Assembly (NCBI RefSeq): GCF_000012345.1
Contig: NC_007205.1
Span: 540,001-572,000, forward strand
DNA: 32,000 nt
Direction: 5' to 3'
From: Candidatus Pelagibacter ubique HTCC1062
GTDB lineage: Bacteria > Pseudomonadota > Alphaproteobacteria > Pelagibacterales > Pelagibacteraceae
Made by a program: the position numbers and the translations under genes. The notes under the pieces are model-generated. The model was given only the letters and a program-made list of their open reading frames with translations. It ran no database searches and was not told the DNA's origin. Below, one piece after another: positions 16,752-24,910 of the stretch. Each line of letters opens with the position of its first letter. Positions within the stretch are counted from its first letter, which is position 1.

Positions 16752-18045
16752 AAAAGATACATTATTATACCTACTTTATGTATTTCCAATAATTTTGGTT
16801 TTTAGCAAGTTCTTAGCAGAAATTTTAATTTTAGTTACTTTATGCTACCTTATTTTGTTTAATAAAAAAGTTACTTTTCAAATAATTAAAAAAGATTTTT
16901 TTTTTAAAAGTTTTTTAGTTTATATTTGTATATTAATAATTTTATCATTTTTTTCAGCAGATATTCTACCGTCGTTGAAGAGATCAGTTAGCTATTTTCG
17001 ATTTATATTTTTTATAATTTTTATAAAATATTTTTTTTTAACAAATGAGAAAAGATTTATTAATTTTTTACTAATTACATCTTTATTTTTGATAATATTA
17101 TCATTAGATATATTTTTTCAATTTTTTAATGGAAAAGATATTTTAGGCCATCCAAGTGTATCGGAGGGCAAAAGAAATTCAGGTTTTTTTGGCGATGAAT
17201 TTATAGCTGGAGGATATATTGTTTTATTTTTTTTTCCATGTCTATTACTTTCAAATATTAACAAATATAAAAATATAATATTGTTTTTGATAATAATATT
17301 TCCTACCACGATTGTAATCACAGGTGAGAGATCTAGTTTATTTTTGATGTTTCTGGGTCTAATTTTATCTTTACCCCTACTAATTAGAGATAAAAGATTA
17401 TCAATTGCACTAATTTCATCATTAATATTAATGACTTTAACAATAAATTTTTCTTCAAATGTAAATAATAGAATTATTCAAACTACCATAAGTCAAGTAA
17501 CTAAAGGATTTGATAATAAATATTTCCAGAACAAAGAATTTGTTAAAGAGTATGATGAAAACTCTATAAATAATAAAAAAAATAGAATTGGTTTTTTAAA
17601 CTCTGGATGGGGGGCCCACATCTTAACAGCTGTAGAGATATGGAGAGACTATCCAATATATGGAAGTGGGCTTAAAACATTTAGAAAATTATGCTCCAAT
17701 GAAAAATATGAAAAAATTAAATCTTTAAATTTTAAAAATAGATGTGCCACACATCCACATCAAATATATTTTGAAATATTAAGTGAAACTGGAGTTATAG
17801 GTTTTTTTTCAATAATAATAATATTTATAATAATTCTTAATAGAATGTTTAAGATTTTGATTGTTAATAAAAAAGAATATAGCAGTATCTTAGTTTTATT
17901 TACACCTATAATTATCAAATTGTGGCCACTTACTACTACTGGAAGCTTTTTTAGTAATTATAATTTAATTTTATTAAGTTTTTTTATTGGATTTGTATTA
18001 AGTTTAGAAAATCTTGATATTAATAAACTAACTAAGTTTTCTTAA
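16732..18045 (+). CDS. O-antigen ligase family protein (Wzy_C domain; WaaL- or PglL-type)
   Basis: 437-aa polytopic membrane protein. Contains ITGERSSLFLMFLGLIL and a periplasmic-loop motif, ATHPHQIYFEILSETGVIGF, which is the H-x-H-x-x-(Y/L)-x-x-x-L-x-E-x-G-x-x-G signature of the Wzy_C domain. Confidence 0.7.
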   Translation: MHLYQNKKDTLLYLLYVFPIILVFSKFLAEILILVTLCYLILFNKKVTFQIIKKDFFFKSFLVYICILIILSFFSADILPSLKRSVSYFRFIFFIIFIKYFFLTNEKRFINFLLITSLFLIILSLDIFFQFFNGKDILGHPSVSEGKRNSGFFGDEFIAGGYIVLFFFPCLLLSNINKYKNIILFLIIIFPTTIVITGERSSLFLMFLGLILSLPLLIRDKRLSIALISSLILMTLTINFSSNVNNRIIQTTISQVTKGFDNKYFQNKEFVKEYDENSINNKKNRIGFLNSGWGAHILTAVEIWRDYPIYGSGLKTFRKLCSNEKYEKIKSLNFKNRCATHPHQIYFEILSETGVIGFFSIIIIFIIILNRMFKILIVNKKEYSSILVLFTPIIIKLWPLTTTGSFFSNYNLILLSFFIGFVLSLENLDINKLTKFS

Positions 18046-19029
18046 TCTATTAATTAAAAATAAATAAATTATAAAAAAAATTATGATTAATGGTATTGTA
18101 ATGTTATTAAAAACTTGATCTAAAATGATTGGTATTAACACAAGTAGACCGTATAAAAGAAAAACATATTTTTCAGGAACTATTTTTTTAAGATTGTGGT
18201 GCAGGTGATTTTTATCTCTTTTTAATGGGTTTTTTTTCATTTTCAATCGCTCAAGAAATAATCTAAGCATATCTAACCCAGGTATCATAAGAATTAAAAA
18301 TATTTTATCTGTAAAAAATTTTTCATTAATTATTTTAAGATTATAAAATTTTATTAGATAAACAGCTAAAATAAAAGAAATTAGATAAGCACCATTGTTT
18401 CCTAAAAATAATTTTCCAAATAAATTAAATATTAATATTATAACAAGAAAAAAAATAATATTTATTATAAAAAAATGATCTACTTCACTTAAATCAAATA
18501 GTGTTATTAGTGAAGTAAAGAAAATAATAGCCAGAGATAAAGCTACACCATTAAAGCCATCTGTTAAATTGAAGGAATTCATTAATAACCAAAAGCATAA
18601 TATTGTAAAAATGTATGAAAAAAAATTATTTAATACATAAGTTACATCGATAAAAGAAATAAGAATTTTTTTGATTAAAATCTCTTGATTAAAAAATAAA
18701 AAAATGAATATTACTGATATAAAAAAAAATGTTTTAAGATAAGGATTATTATCTTTTAAATCATCATAGTATCCTATAAAGAAAATTAAAAGTGAGGCCA
18801 CTACTAATTTGCTATGAAAATAGTTTAATTCATCAAATATAAGATATTGAAAAAAAATACTTATATATAACAATAAAAAAATTACACCACCAATGGCTGG
18901 TGTTGGGTTTTTGTGTGTCTTTTCAGAATTAGGATAATCTATTAACTTAAGTTCTTTAGCAAAAAAACTAATAATAAAATAGAAAATAAAAAAAAGACAA
19001 AAATTGAAAATAAAAAATTTAAAAAACAT
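18028..19029 (-). CDS. Polyprenyl-phosphate N-acetylhexosamine-1-phosphate transferase (WecA/WbpL/MraY family initiating enzyme)
   Basis: 333 aa with about 10-11 TM segments. Contains HKNPTPAIGGVIF, FIGYYDDLKD (DD motif), NLTDGFNGVA (NxxDGxDGL-type motif) and NGAY. Confidence 0.8.
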   Translation of the reverse strand: MFFKFFIFNFCLFFIFYFIISFFAKELKLIDYPNSEKTHKNPTPAIGGVIFLLLYISIFFQYLIFDELNYFHSKLVVASLLIFFIGYYDDLKDNNPYLKTFFFISVIFIFLFFNQEILIKKILISFIDVTYVLNNFFSYIFTILCFWLLMNSFNLTDGFNGVALSLAIIFFTSLITLFDLSEVDHFFIINIIFFLVIILIFNLFGKLFLGNNGAYLISFILAVYLIKFYNLKIINEKFFTDKIFLILMIPGLDMLRLFLERLKMKKNPLKRDKNHLHHNLKKIVPEKYVFLLYGLLVLIPIILDQVFNNITIPLIIIFFIIYLFLINRLRKLS

Positions 19030-19158
19030 GATTATTGTCTAATAATTTTATCATTCTTTTTAACTAATCATATAAATTTTTTTTATCTTAAACTTTATTT
19101 ATACTGTAATTAAATTTTTAGTTTTGTTTAAAAGGGATAGTGTTATATTTAAGATATT

Positions 19159-20484
19159 ATGATTTATGATTATACGATAATAGGTGGGGGAATTGCAGGC
19201 ATTGCTATAGCAGAGTCCTTATCAAGAAACTCTGATAAAGTAATTTTAATCGAAAAAGAAAAGGAACTTATGAGCAAAAGTAGCTCAGATCAACATGGCT
19301 GGTTCCATATTGGAAGCCTTTATGCCTTTTTAGATAATAACAACTATTTAAAAGGATTAATTAAAAATACAAAAGATATAATTACATATTATTCCCATTT
19401 TGAAAATTTAAATATGTACTTAGATAAAAATGGTTTTTTAAAATTTAAAAAAAAGAACAATGGATGGTTTCAAACCAAAGATGTAAAATACTTAATAGCA
19501 TCTAGAAATAATAAAGATTTAGATGATAAGCATATTTTTAAGAAAATCAAAAATATATTTGCTTGGGAAAAAAAAATTAAAAAATTTATTTCACGACATA
19601 ATACGCTAAGAACACATAATTTAAATAAACACGAGTCCCCCACTACAATCTCAAATTCAAACTATTTTAATTATAATAAAAAAAGAATTTTAAAGCCAAA
19701 TTTTAGTAATTTATTTATAAACAAAGATGAATTTTTTCTAATGAATGGCTTTGATAAACCAATGAGGTCCAAGTTAATTTATGCAGATCTGCTGGAGTCT
19801 TTTTATCTAAACAGAGGTAAATGCTTATTGAGTTACACCTTTTCAAAAATTATTGAAAAAAAAAATTACTGTGAACTGAATTTTAAAAATAAAAAAAAAA
19901 AGATTTTTTCTAAAAAAGTAATATTTGCTAATGGCACAGGTCTAAAAAAACTAGTTAAAGATATCAGTATTTATGAGTCTCCTCTAATGGTTACCTATCC
20001 TAAAATTTTCAATAAAAATATTGTAAAGTTAACTCCAAATAATAACAATACAATAAATCACTTCTTGCATGAGTCACAGAATGATTTTTATTCCGTAATA
20101 GGATCGGGATTGAGTTGTAAACTTGGGGATAATAAAGATAAAGCGAGGGTTTTAAAAAAATTTAAGAATACATGTAGATTATTTTTTAAAAACTTTGACA
20201 AAATTGATTTTAAAAAAATTTATTTTGGCAAAAAGGTTGAATTTACAAAAAAAACTAAAAGAAATTATGATTTTAAAATATTTGAATTATCAAAAAAGTC
20301 AGTTGCAGTTTTACCTGGTAAATTTTCCATGTCATTTAACTTGGCAACAAATATTTATAGAAGATTTAACAACCAACAAGATCCACCATTATTAAGATTA
20401 AAAAAAAATTTAAGATTAAGTAAAGATATTTCTAATACAAGACATTATAAAATGGTAAAAAAATATAAAAGTAAAATTTCATAA
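19159..20484 (+). CDS. DAO-type FAD-dependent oxidoreductase, specific function unknown
   Basis: 441 aa. YDYTIIGGGIAGIAIAESLSRNSDKVILIEKE is a beta-alpha-beta FAD fold with an acidic residue at the end of beta-2. SSSDQHGWFHIGSLY parallels SGKNQMRAHIGYHY of the partial ORF at 1-317. Confidence 0.6.
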   Translation: MIYDYTIIGGGIAGIAIAESLSRNSDKVILIEKEKELMSKSSSDQHGWFHIGSLYAFLDNNNYLKGLIKNTKDIITYYSHFENLNMYLDKNGFLKFKKKNNGWFQTKDVKYLIASRNNKDLDDKHIFKKIKNIFAWEKKIKKFISRHNTLRTHNLNKHESPTTISNSNYFNYNKKRILKPNFSNLFINKDEFFLMNGFDKPMRSKLIYADLLESFYLNRGKCLLSYTFSKIIEKKNYCELNFKNKKKKIFSKKVIFANGTGLKKLVKDISIYESPLMVTYPKIFNKNIVKLTPNNNNTINHFLHESQNDFYSVIGSGLSCKLGDNKDKARVLKKFKNTCRLFFKNFDKIDFKKIYFGKKVEFTKKTKRNYDFKIFELSKKSVAVLPGKFSMSFNLATNIYRRFNNQQDPPLLRLKKNLRLSKDISNTRHYKMVKKYKSKIS

Positions 20485-20487
20485 TTA

Positions 20488-21444
20488 ATGAGAAAAGTTT
20501 TAATTACAGGTGGCGCAGGGTACATTGGTGCCGCCACAACACAGCTTTTTTTAAAAAAGAATTTTTTAGTTTTTGCAGTGGACAATCTATCAACTGGAAA
20601 AAATTTACTTACACATAAAAATTATTTATTTATAAAATCTGATTATTCAAGTAATCATATTTTAAATTTATTAAAAAAAGAAAAAATTCAAGATGTGATA
20701 CACCTTGCTGCATCTATAGATAATAATGAGTCTGTATTAAATCCTAAAAAATACTATCAAAATAATTTTTTTAAATTAATTAAATTTTTAGAAAATTGTA
20801 AAAAAGCTAAAATAAAAAATTTTATATTTTCATCCTCTGCAGCAGTTTATGGAGAGGTTAAAACCTTTAAACCACTAGCAGAAAATTTCATACTAACGCC
20901 CTCATCACCTTATGGGATCAGTAAAATGAAAGGTGAAATGTTGATAAGAAAAAAAAAATATTTTAATTCAATTATATTAAGATATTTTAATGTTGCTGGA
21001 CCTACTTTTGACAATAAATTTCGTCAAAATTTTAAAAGTTACAAACACTTATTAAAAAAGCTTAATGAAATTAATTTTTCAAGAAATAAAAATATATTTA
21101 AAATCAATGGAAAAAATTATGATACAATTGATGGAACGTGTGTAAGGGACTTTGTTCATGTTCAGGATATTGCAAATATAAATTATCGTTCTCTTATATC
21201 TATAAAAAAAATTTTAAAAAATGATTATTCTTTAACTTTAAACTGTGGAAGTGGAAAAGAAAATAGTGTTTTGCAAATTGTTAAAAAATTTAAAATTATT
21301 AGTAAGAAAAATTTTAAAATAATCTTTACTAAACCAAGAATAGGAGACCCACCATTTTTATTAAGCGACAATAGACTTTTTAAAAAAAAATTAGGCCTAA
21401 AGTTTTTTGGTATTAATAAGATTATAAAAGATCTTATTAAATAA
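20488..21444 (+). CDS. galE: UDP-hexose 4-epimerase (GalE/Gne-like SDR)
   Basis: 318 aa. Contains VLITGGAGYIGAATTQ, VDNLSTGK, SSSAAVYG and SPYGISKMKGE (YxxxK). Confidence 0.7.
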   Translation: MRKVLITGGAGYIGAATTQLFLKKNFLVFAVDNLSTGKNLLTHKNYLFIKSDYSSNHILNLLKKEKIQDVIHLAASIDNNESVLNPKKYYQNNFFKLIKFLENCKKAKIKNFIFSSSAAVYGEVKTFKPLAENFILTPSSPYGISKMKGEMLIRKKKYFNSIILRYFNVAGPTFDNKFRQNFKSYKHLLKKLNEINFSRNKNIFKINGKNYDTIDGTCVRDFVHVQDIANINYRSLISIKKILKNDYSLTLNCGSGKENSVLQIVKKFKIISKKNFKIIFTKPRIGDPPFLLSDNRLFKKKLGLKFFGINKIIKDLIK

Positions 21445-21626
21445 ATAATTCCTATATACCTCAAATATAGCACGATATTCAATATGTGTGGATATTAAGC
21501 CATTACATTTTCGATAAAAGATTATTTAAAAAAAATAATTAAATTTTTCATTTAAGAATTATTTGAATTTATTGACTATAAATAATATGTATAATAAAGA
21601 AAATCTTTATTAATAAAATTTTATAA

Positions 21627-22670
21627 ATGAAAAAAAAAGCAATTATTTTTGGTATTACAGGTCAGGATGGCTCTTATTTAGCAGAATTACTTTTAAAAAA
21701 GAAATACGAGGTTCATGGAGTTAAAAGAAGATCCTCATCTTTAAATACTAGTAGAATAGATCATTTATATCAAGATCCAAACGAAACAAAAAAAAACTTT
21801 TATCTACACTATGGAGATGTGACTGATAGTTTTTCAATTTCATCTTTAATTAATAAAATAAGACCAGATGAAATATATAATCTTGCTGCACAATCTCATG
21901 TTGCCGTATCTTTTGAAGTACCAGAATATACTGCTAATGCAGATGCTATCGGTGCATTAAGAATTTTAGAGTCAATACGAAGTAATAAACTTGAAAAAAA
22001 AACAAAATTTTATCAAGCTGGTACTTCAGAAATGTTTGGTAAAGTTCAAACAGTGCCTCAAAATGAAAAAACACCATTTTATCCAAGAAGTCCGTATGGA
22101 GTAGCCAAAGTTTATGCACACTGGGTTACAGTAAATTATAGAGAGTCATATAATATATTTGCTTGTAATGGAATTTTGTTTAATCACGAAAGCCCTGTAA
22201 GAGGCGAGACCTTTGTTACAAAAAAAATTGTTAATGCTCTTTGCAAAATCAATATAGGAAAACAAAAAAAACTTTATCTTGGAAATTTAGATGCCAGGAG
22301 AGACTGGGGGCACGCTAAAGACTATGTTATTGCAATGTGGAAAATGATGCAGAAAAAAATACCAGGTGATTATGTTATAGCAACTGGCAAGCAATATTCA
22401 GTAAAAGACTTTGTTAATTTAGTTCTAAGGGAATTGAAAATGAAATTTAAGTGGAAAGGAAATGGTATTAATACAAGGTGTTATGATCAAAACAATAATT
22501 GTATAATCGAATGTAGTAGAAAGTATTTTAGACCTTTAGAGGTAGATACTTTACTTGGTGATCCGCGTAAAGCAAAAAAAGAATTAAAATGGAAACCTAA
22601 TTATAAAATAAATGATTTAGTTAAGGAGATGGTTTATTATGAAAATCTCATGCTAACTAAAAATGATTAA
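21627..22670 (+). CDS. gmd: GDP-mannose 4,6-dehydratase
   Basis: 347 aa. Contains [90 protein letters not shown] and [10 protein letters not shown]. Confidence 0.92.
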   Translation: MKKKAIIFGITGQDGSYLAELLLKKKYEVHGVKRRSSSLNTSRIDHLYQDPNETKKNFYLHYGDVTDSFSISSLINKIRPDEIYNLAAQSHVAVSFEVPEYTANADAIGALRILESIRSNKLEKKTKFYQAGTSEMFGKVQTVPQNEKTPFYPRSPYGVAKVYAHWVTVNYRESYNIFACNGILFNHESPVRGETFVTKKIVNALCKINIGKQKKLYLGNLDARRDWGHAKDYVIAMWKMMQKKIPGDYVIATGKQYSVKDFVNLVLRELKMKFKWKGNGINTRCYDQNNNCIIECSRKYFRPLEVDTLLGDPRKAKKELKWKPNYKINDLVKEMVYYENLMLTKND

Positions 22671-23601
22671 TCGAAATTCAAGAATTTTTATTACAGGTCA
22701 CAAAGGATTAGTTGGTAGCGCTATATATAGAAAATTAAAAGCTAAAGGTTACACTAATTTATTAATAGCCGACAGAAAAAAGCTAGATTTAACAAATCAA
22801 ATAAAAGTAATTAAATTTTTAAAGAAAAAAAAACCTGATTTTATTTTTATTGCTGCCGCTAAGGTAGGAGGTATCTATTATAATTTAAAATATAAAGCAG
22901 ATTTCATTACAGAAAACCTTCAAATACAAACTAATTTAATACATGGTGCTTACAAATGTGGAATTAAAGATCTAATTTTTTTAGGATCAAGTTGTGTTTA
23001 CCCAAAAAATTGTAAACAACCAATAAAAGAAACTTATCTTTTATCTGGAAAGCTAGAAGAAACAAATGATGCATATGCAATTGCTAAAATTGCAGGCATT
23101 AAAATGTGTCAAAGTTACAATGAGCAATATAAGACAAAATATAAATGTTTAATGCCAACAAATACATATGGACCAAACGATAATTATGACAAAAATAACT
23201 CACATTTTATTCCAGCGCTAATAAAAAAAATACATAAATTAAAATTAAGCAAAAAAAACACAGTTATTCTATGGGGAAATGGAAAAGCAAAAAGAGAAGT
23301 AATTCATGTAGACGATATAGCTGAGGCATGTATATTTTTTATGAAAAAAAAAACCGAGCATTTTTTGATTAATATTGGTACTGGCAAAGATTATTCAATT
23401 AAATATTATTTAGAATTTATAGCAAAAGTTATTTTAGGTAATAAAAAAATAAAAATTAAATATGACAAAACAAAACCTAATGGATCACCAAGAAAAGTTA
23501 TGGATATTTCTTTAGCAAAAAAATATGGATGGAAATCAAAGATGAGTTTAATTACTTCTATTAGAAATACCTACAAATCATTTGTAAGAGAGAATTTTTG
23601 A
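22663..23601 (+). CDS. fcl: GDP-L-fucose synthase (GDP-4-keto-6-deoxymannose 3,5-epimerase/4-reductase)
   Basis: 312 aa. Contains [48 protein letters not shown] and [10 protein letters not shown]. It overlaps gmd by 8 nt. Confidence 0.88.
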   Translation: MINRNSRIFITGHKGLVGSAIYRKLKAKGYTNLLIADRKKLDLTNQIKVIKFLKKKKPDFIFIAAAKVGGIYYNLKYKADFITENLQIQTNLIHGAYKCGIKDLIFLGSSCVYPKNCKQPIKETYLLSGKLEETNDAYAIAKIAGIKMCQSYNEQYKTKYKCLMPTNTYGPNDNYDKNNSHFIPALIKKIHKLKLSKKNTVILWGNGKAKREVIHVDDIAEACIFFMKKKTEHFLINIGTGKDYSIKYYLEFIAKVILGNKKIKIKYDKTKPNGSPRKVMDISLAKKYGWKSKMSLITSIRNTYKSFVRENF

Positions 23602-24479
23602 TGAAAAATTTAATTATTGTAACAGGTGGAGCAGGTTTTGTGGGCTCAAATTTAATAGAGCTACTTCTTAAAAAAACTAAATATAAAATTTTAAGCATTG
23701 ATAATTATTCAAGTGGTTTAAAAAAAAATCATATTAAAAATAAAAGATTAAAATATATAAAAGGGCATACCAAAAATATTACAAAGCTTCTGGCCTCTAA
23801 AAAAAAAAAAATTAAAGTTATTTTTCACTTTGGAGAATTTGCTCGAATATATCAAAGTTTTTTAAAAATGAATGAGTGTATTGATGCTAATTCTGTTGGA
23901 TCAAATGAAGTTTTTAACTTCTGTTTTTTAAATAAAATTAAACTTATCTATTCTGCAACATCTGCTAGTATTGGAAATAATGGTGAAGATAAAAATCTTT
24001 CACCTTATGCCTTCACAAAATCAAAAAATTTAGAATTATTAGAAAATTTAAAAAAATGGTTTGGTTTTAAATTTGAAATAATTTATTTCTACAATGTCTA
24101 TGGCCCAAATCAAATTGAAAATGGTGAAATGGCAACAGTTATAGGGATATTTGAAAATCAATATAATAATAATAAATATTTAACAGTTGTAAAGCCTGGG
24201 TCTCAAACTCGAAGATTCACCCATATTAAAGACACTGTTGATGCATGCTATTTAGCATTTAAAAGAAATAAAAATAGACATTACAGTATATCCCACAAAA
24301 AAAGTTACTCAATTTTGGAAGTAGCCAAAATGTTTACTCATAAAATTAAATTTATACCAGCGAGACCAGGAGAAAGGTTTGCATCAGCTTTAACTAATAT
24401 GAACCTGTCAAATAAAGTTTATAAACTGTATGGAAAAATTAACTTAAAAAACTACATAAAATCACTTAAAAATAAATAA
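23598..24479 (+). CDS. NAD-dependent epimerase/dehydratase/reductase (extended SDR), substrate unknown
   Basis: 293 aa. Contains IIVTGGAGFVGSNLIELLLKK and SPYAFTKSKN (YxxxK). It has a 4-nt overlap with fcl and is the last gene before the 5S rRNA. Confidence 0.7.
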   Translation: MMKNLIIVTGGAGFVGSNLIELLLKKTKYKILSIDNYSSGLKKNHIKNKRLKYIKGHTKNITKLLASKKKKIKVIFHFGEFARIYQSFLKMNECIDANSVGSNEVFNFCFLNKIKLIYSATSASIGNNGEDKNLSPYAFTKSKNLELLENLKKWFGFKFEIIYFYNVYGPNQIENGEMATVIGIFENQYNNNKYLTVVKPGSQTRRFTHIKDTVDACYLAFKRNKNRHYSISHKKSYSILEVAKMFTHKIKFIPARPGERFASALTNMNLSNKVYKLYGKINLKNYIKSLKNK

Positions 24480-24497
24480 TCTGATATCATTTCTTTG

Positions 24498-24525
24498 TTT
24501 ACAATATGGATTAATTGGATATAAA
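24498..24525 (+). promoter_or_regulatory. Candidate sigma70-type promoter for the stand-alone 5S rRNA gene
   Basis: TTTACA (24498-24503), a 16-nt spacer, then TATAAA (24520-24525). The predicted mature 5S 5' end at 24532 is 7 nt downstream of the -10 element. Chance matches are common in DNA this A+T-rich. Confidence 0.35.
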
Positions 24526-24531
24526 TCATTC

Positions 24532-24645
24532 GCCGGTGATTATTGCGAAGGGGTTATACCCGATCCCATTCCGAACTCGGAAGTCAAGCCCTTCAGCGCC
24601 AATGGTACTTTGTCTTAAGACACGGAAGAGTAGGACATTGCCGGC
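24532..24645 (+). rRNA. rrf: 5S ribosomal RNA
   Basis: GCCGGUGAU at the 5' end pairs with AUUGCCGGC at the 3' end (helix I, including G-U pairs). Conserved internal blocks are CCCGAUCCCAUUCCGAACUCGGAAGUCAAGCCC and GGAAGAGUAGGACAUUGCCGGC. It is a G+C-rich patch in A+T-rich surroundings. The ends are good to about +/-3 nt. Confidence 0.9.
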
Positions 24646-24659
24646 TATAAAAAAATATT

Positions 24660-24785
24660 ATGAAAATTAAAAGCTCGTTAAAATCATTAAAAAAAAGAGA
24701 CCTTAATTCTAAGTTAGTTAGAAGAAGAGGAAGAGTTTACATAATTAATAAAACAAACCCAAAATTTAAAGCAAGACAGAAGTAG
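24660..24785 (+). CDS. rpmJ: 50S ribosomal protein L36
   Basis: Not in the ORF track (41 aa): [41 protein letters not shown]. It matches the alphaproteobacterial L36 pattern MK(V/I)(R/K)xSL(K/R)SLKxR....VRR.GR(V)Y(V/I)INK.NP(R/K)FKARQ. Confidence 0.85.
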   Translation: MKIKSSLKSLKKRDLNSKLVRRRGRVYIINKTNPKFKARQK

Positions 24786-24790
24786 TTTTT

Positions 24791-24901
24791 ATGGACAATC
24801 AAGACCATAAGAATACCTGGAATAACTTCACAAAGTTTGTGTTGTGGGGAACTGTCGCTGTTATAGGTGTTTTAGTTTTAATGGCAATATTCTTGCTGTA
24901 G
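24791..24901 (+). CDS. Small single-TM protein resembling bacterial aa3-type cytochrome oxidase subunit IV (COX4_pro_2 family)
   Basis: Not in the ORF track (36 aa): MDNQDHKNTWNNFTKFVLWGTVAVIGVLVLMAIFLL*. The pattern DH..T(Y/W)..F.....W.(hydrophobic helix) fits that family. From memory, such small genes often precede pntAA in alphaproteobacteria. Confidence 0.45.
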   Translation: MDNQDHKNTWNNFTKFVLWGTVAVIGVLVLMAIFLL

Positions 24902-24910
24902 AGTTCTCTT

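Noticed and set aside
19159-20484. UDP-galactopyranose mutase (Glf) assignment for the FAD protein next to the galE-like gene.
   Set aside because: Only the generic YDY.I(I/V)G.G FAD-fold start matches. As I recall it, the Glf-specific continuation (IEKRNHIGGNAYT...) is replaced by IEKEKELMSKSSSDQHGWFHIGSLY, which looks DAO-type. The protein is also longer than typical Glf.
21572-21595. TTGACT ... TATAAT upstream of gmd, considered as a sigma70 promoter.
   Set aside because: The spacer is only 12 nt (16-18 are needed). The alternative TTGAAT at 21563-21568 gives 21 nt. The TG next to the TATAAT is one position off the extended -10 consensus. In DNA this A+T-rich, a lone TATAAT carries little information.
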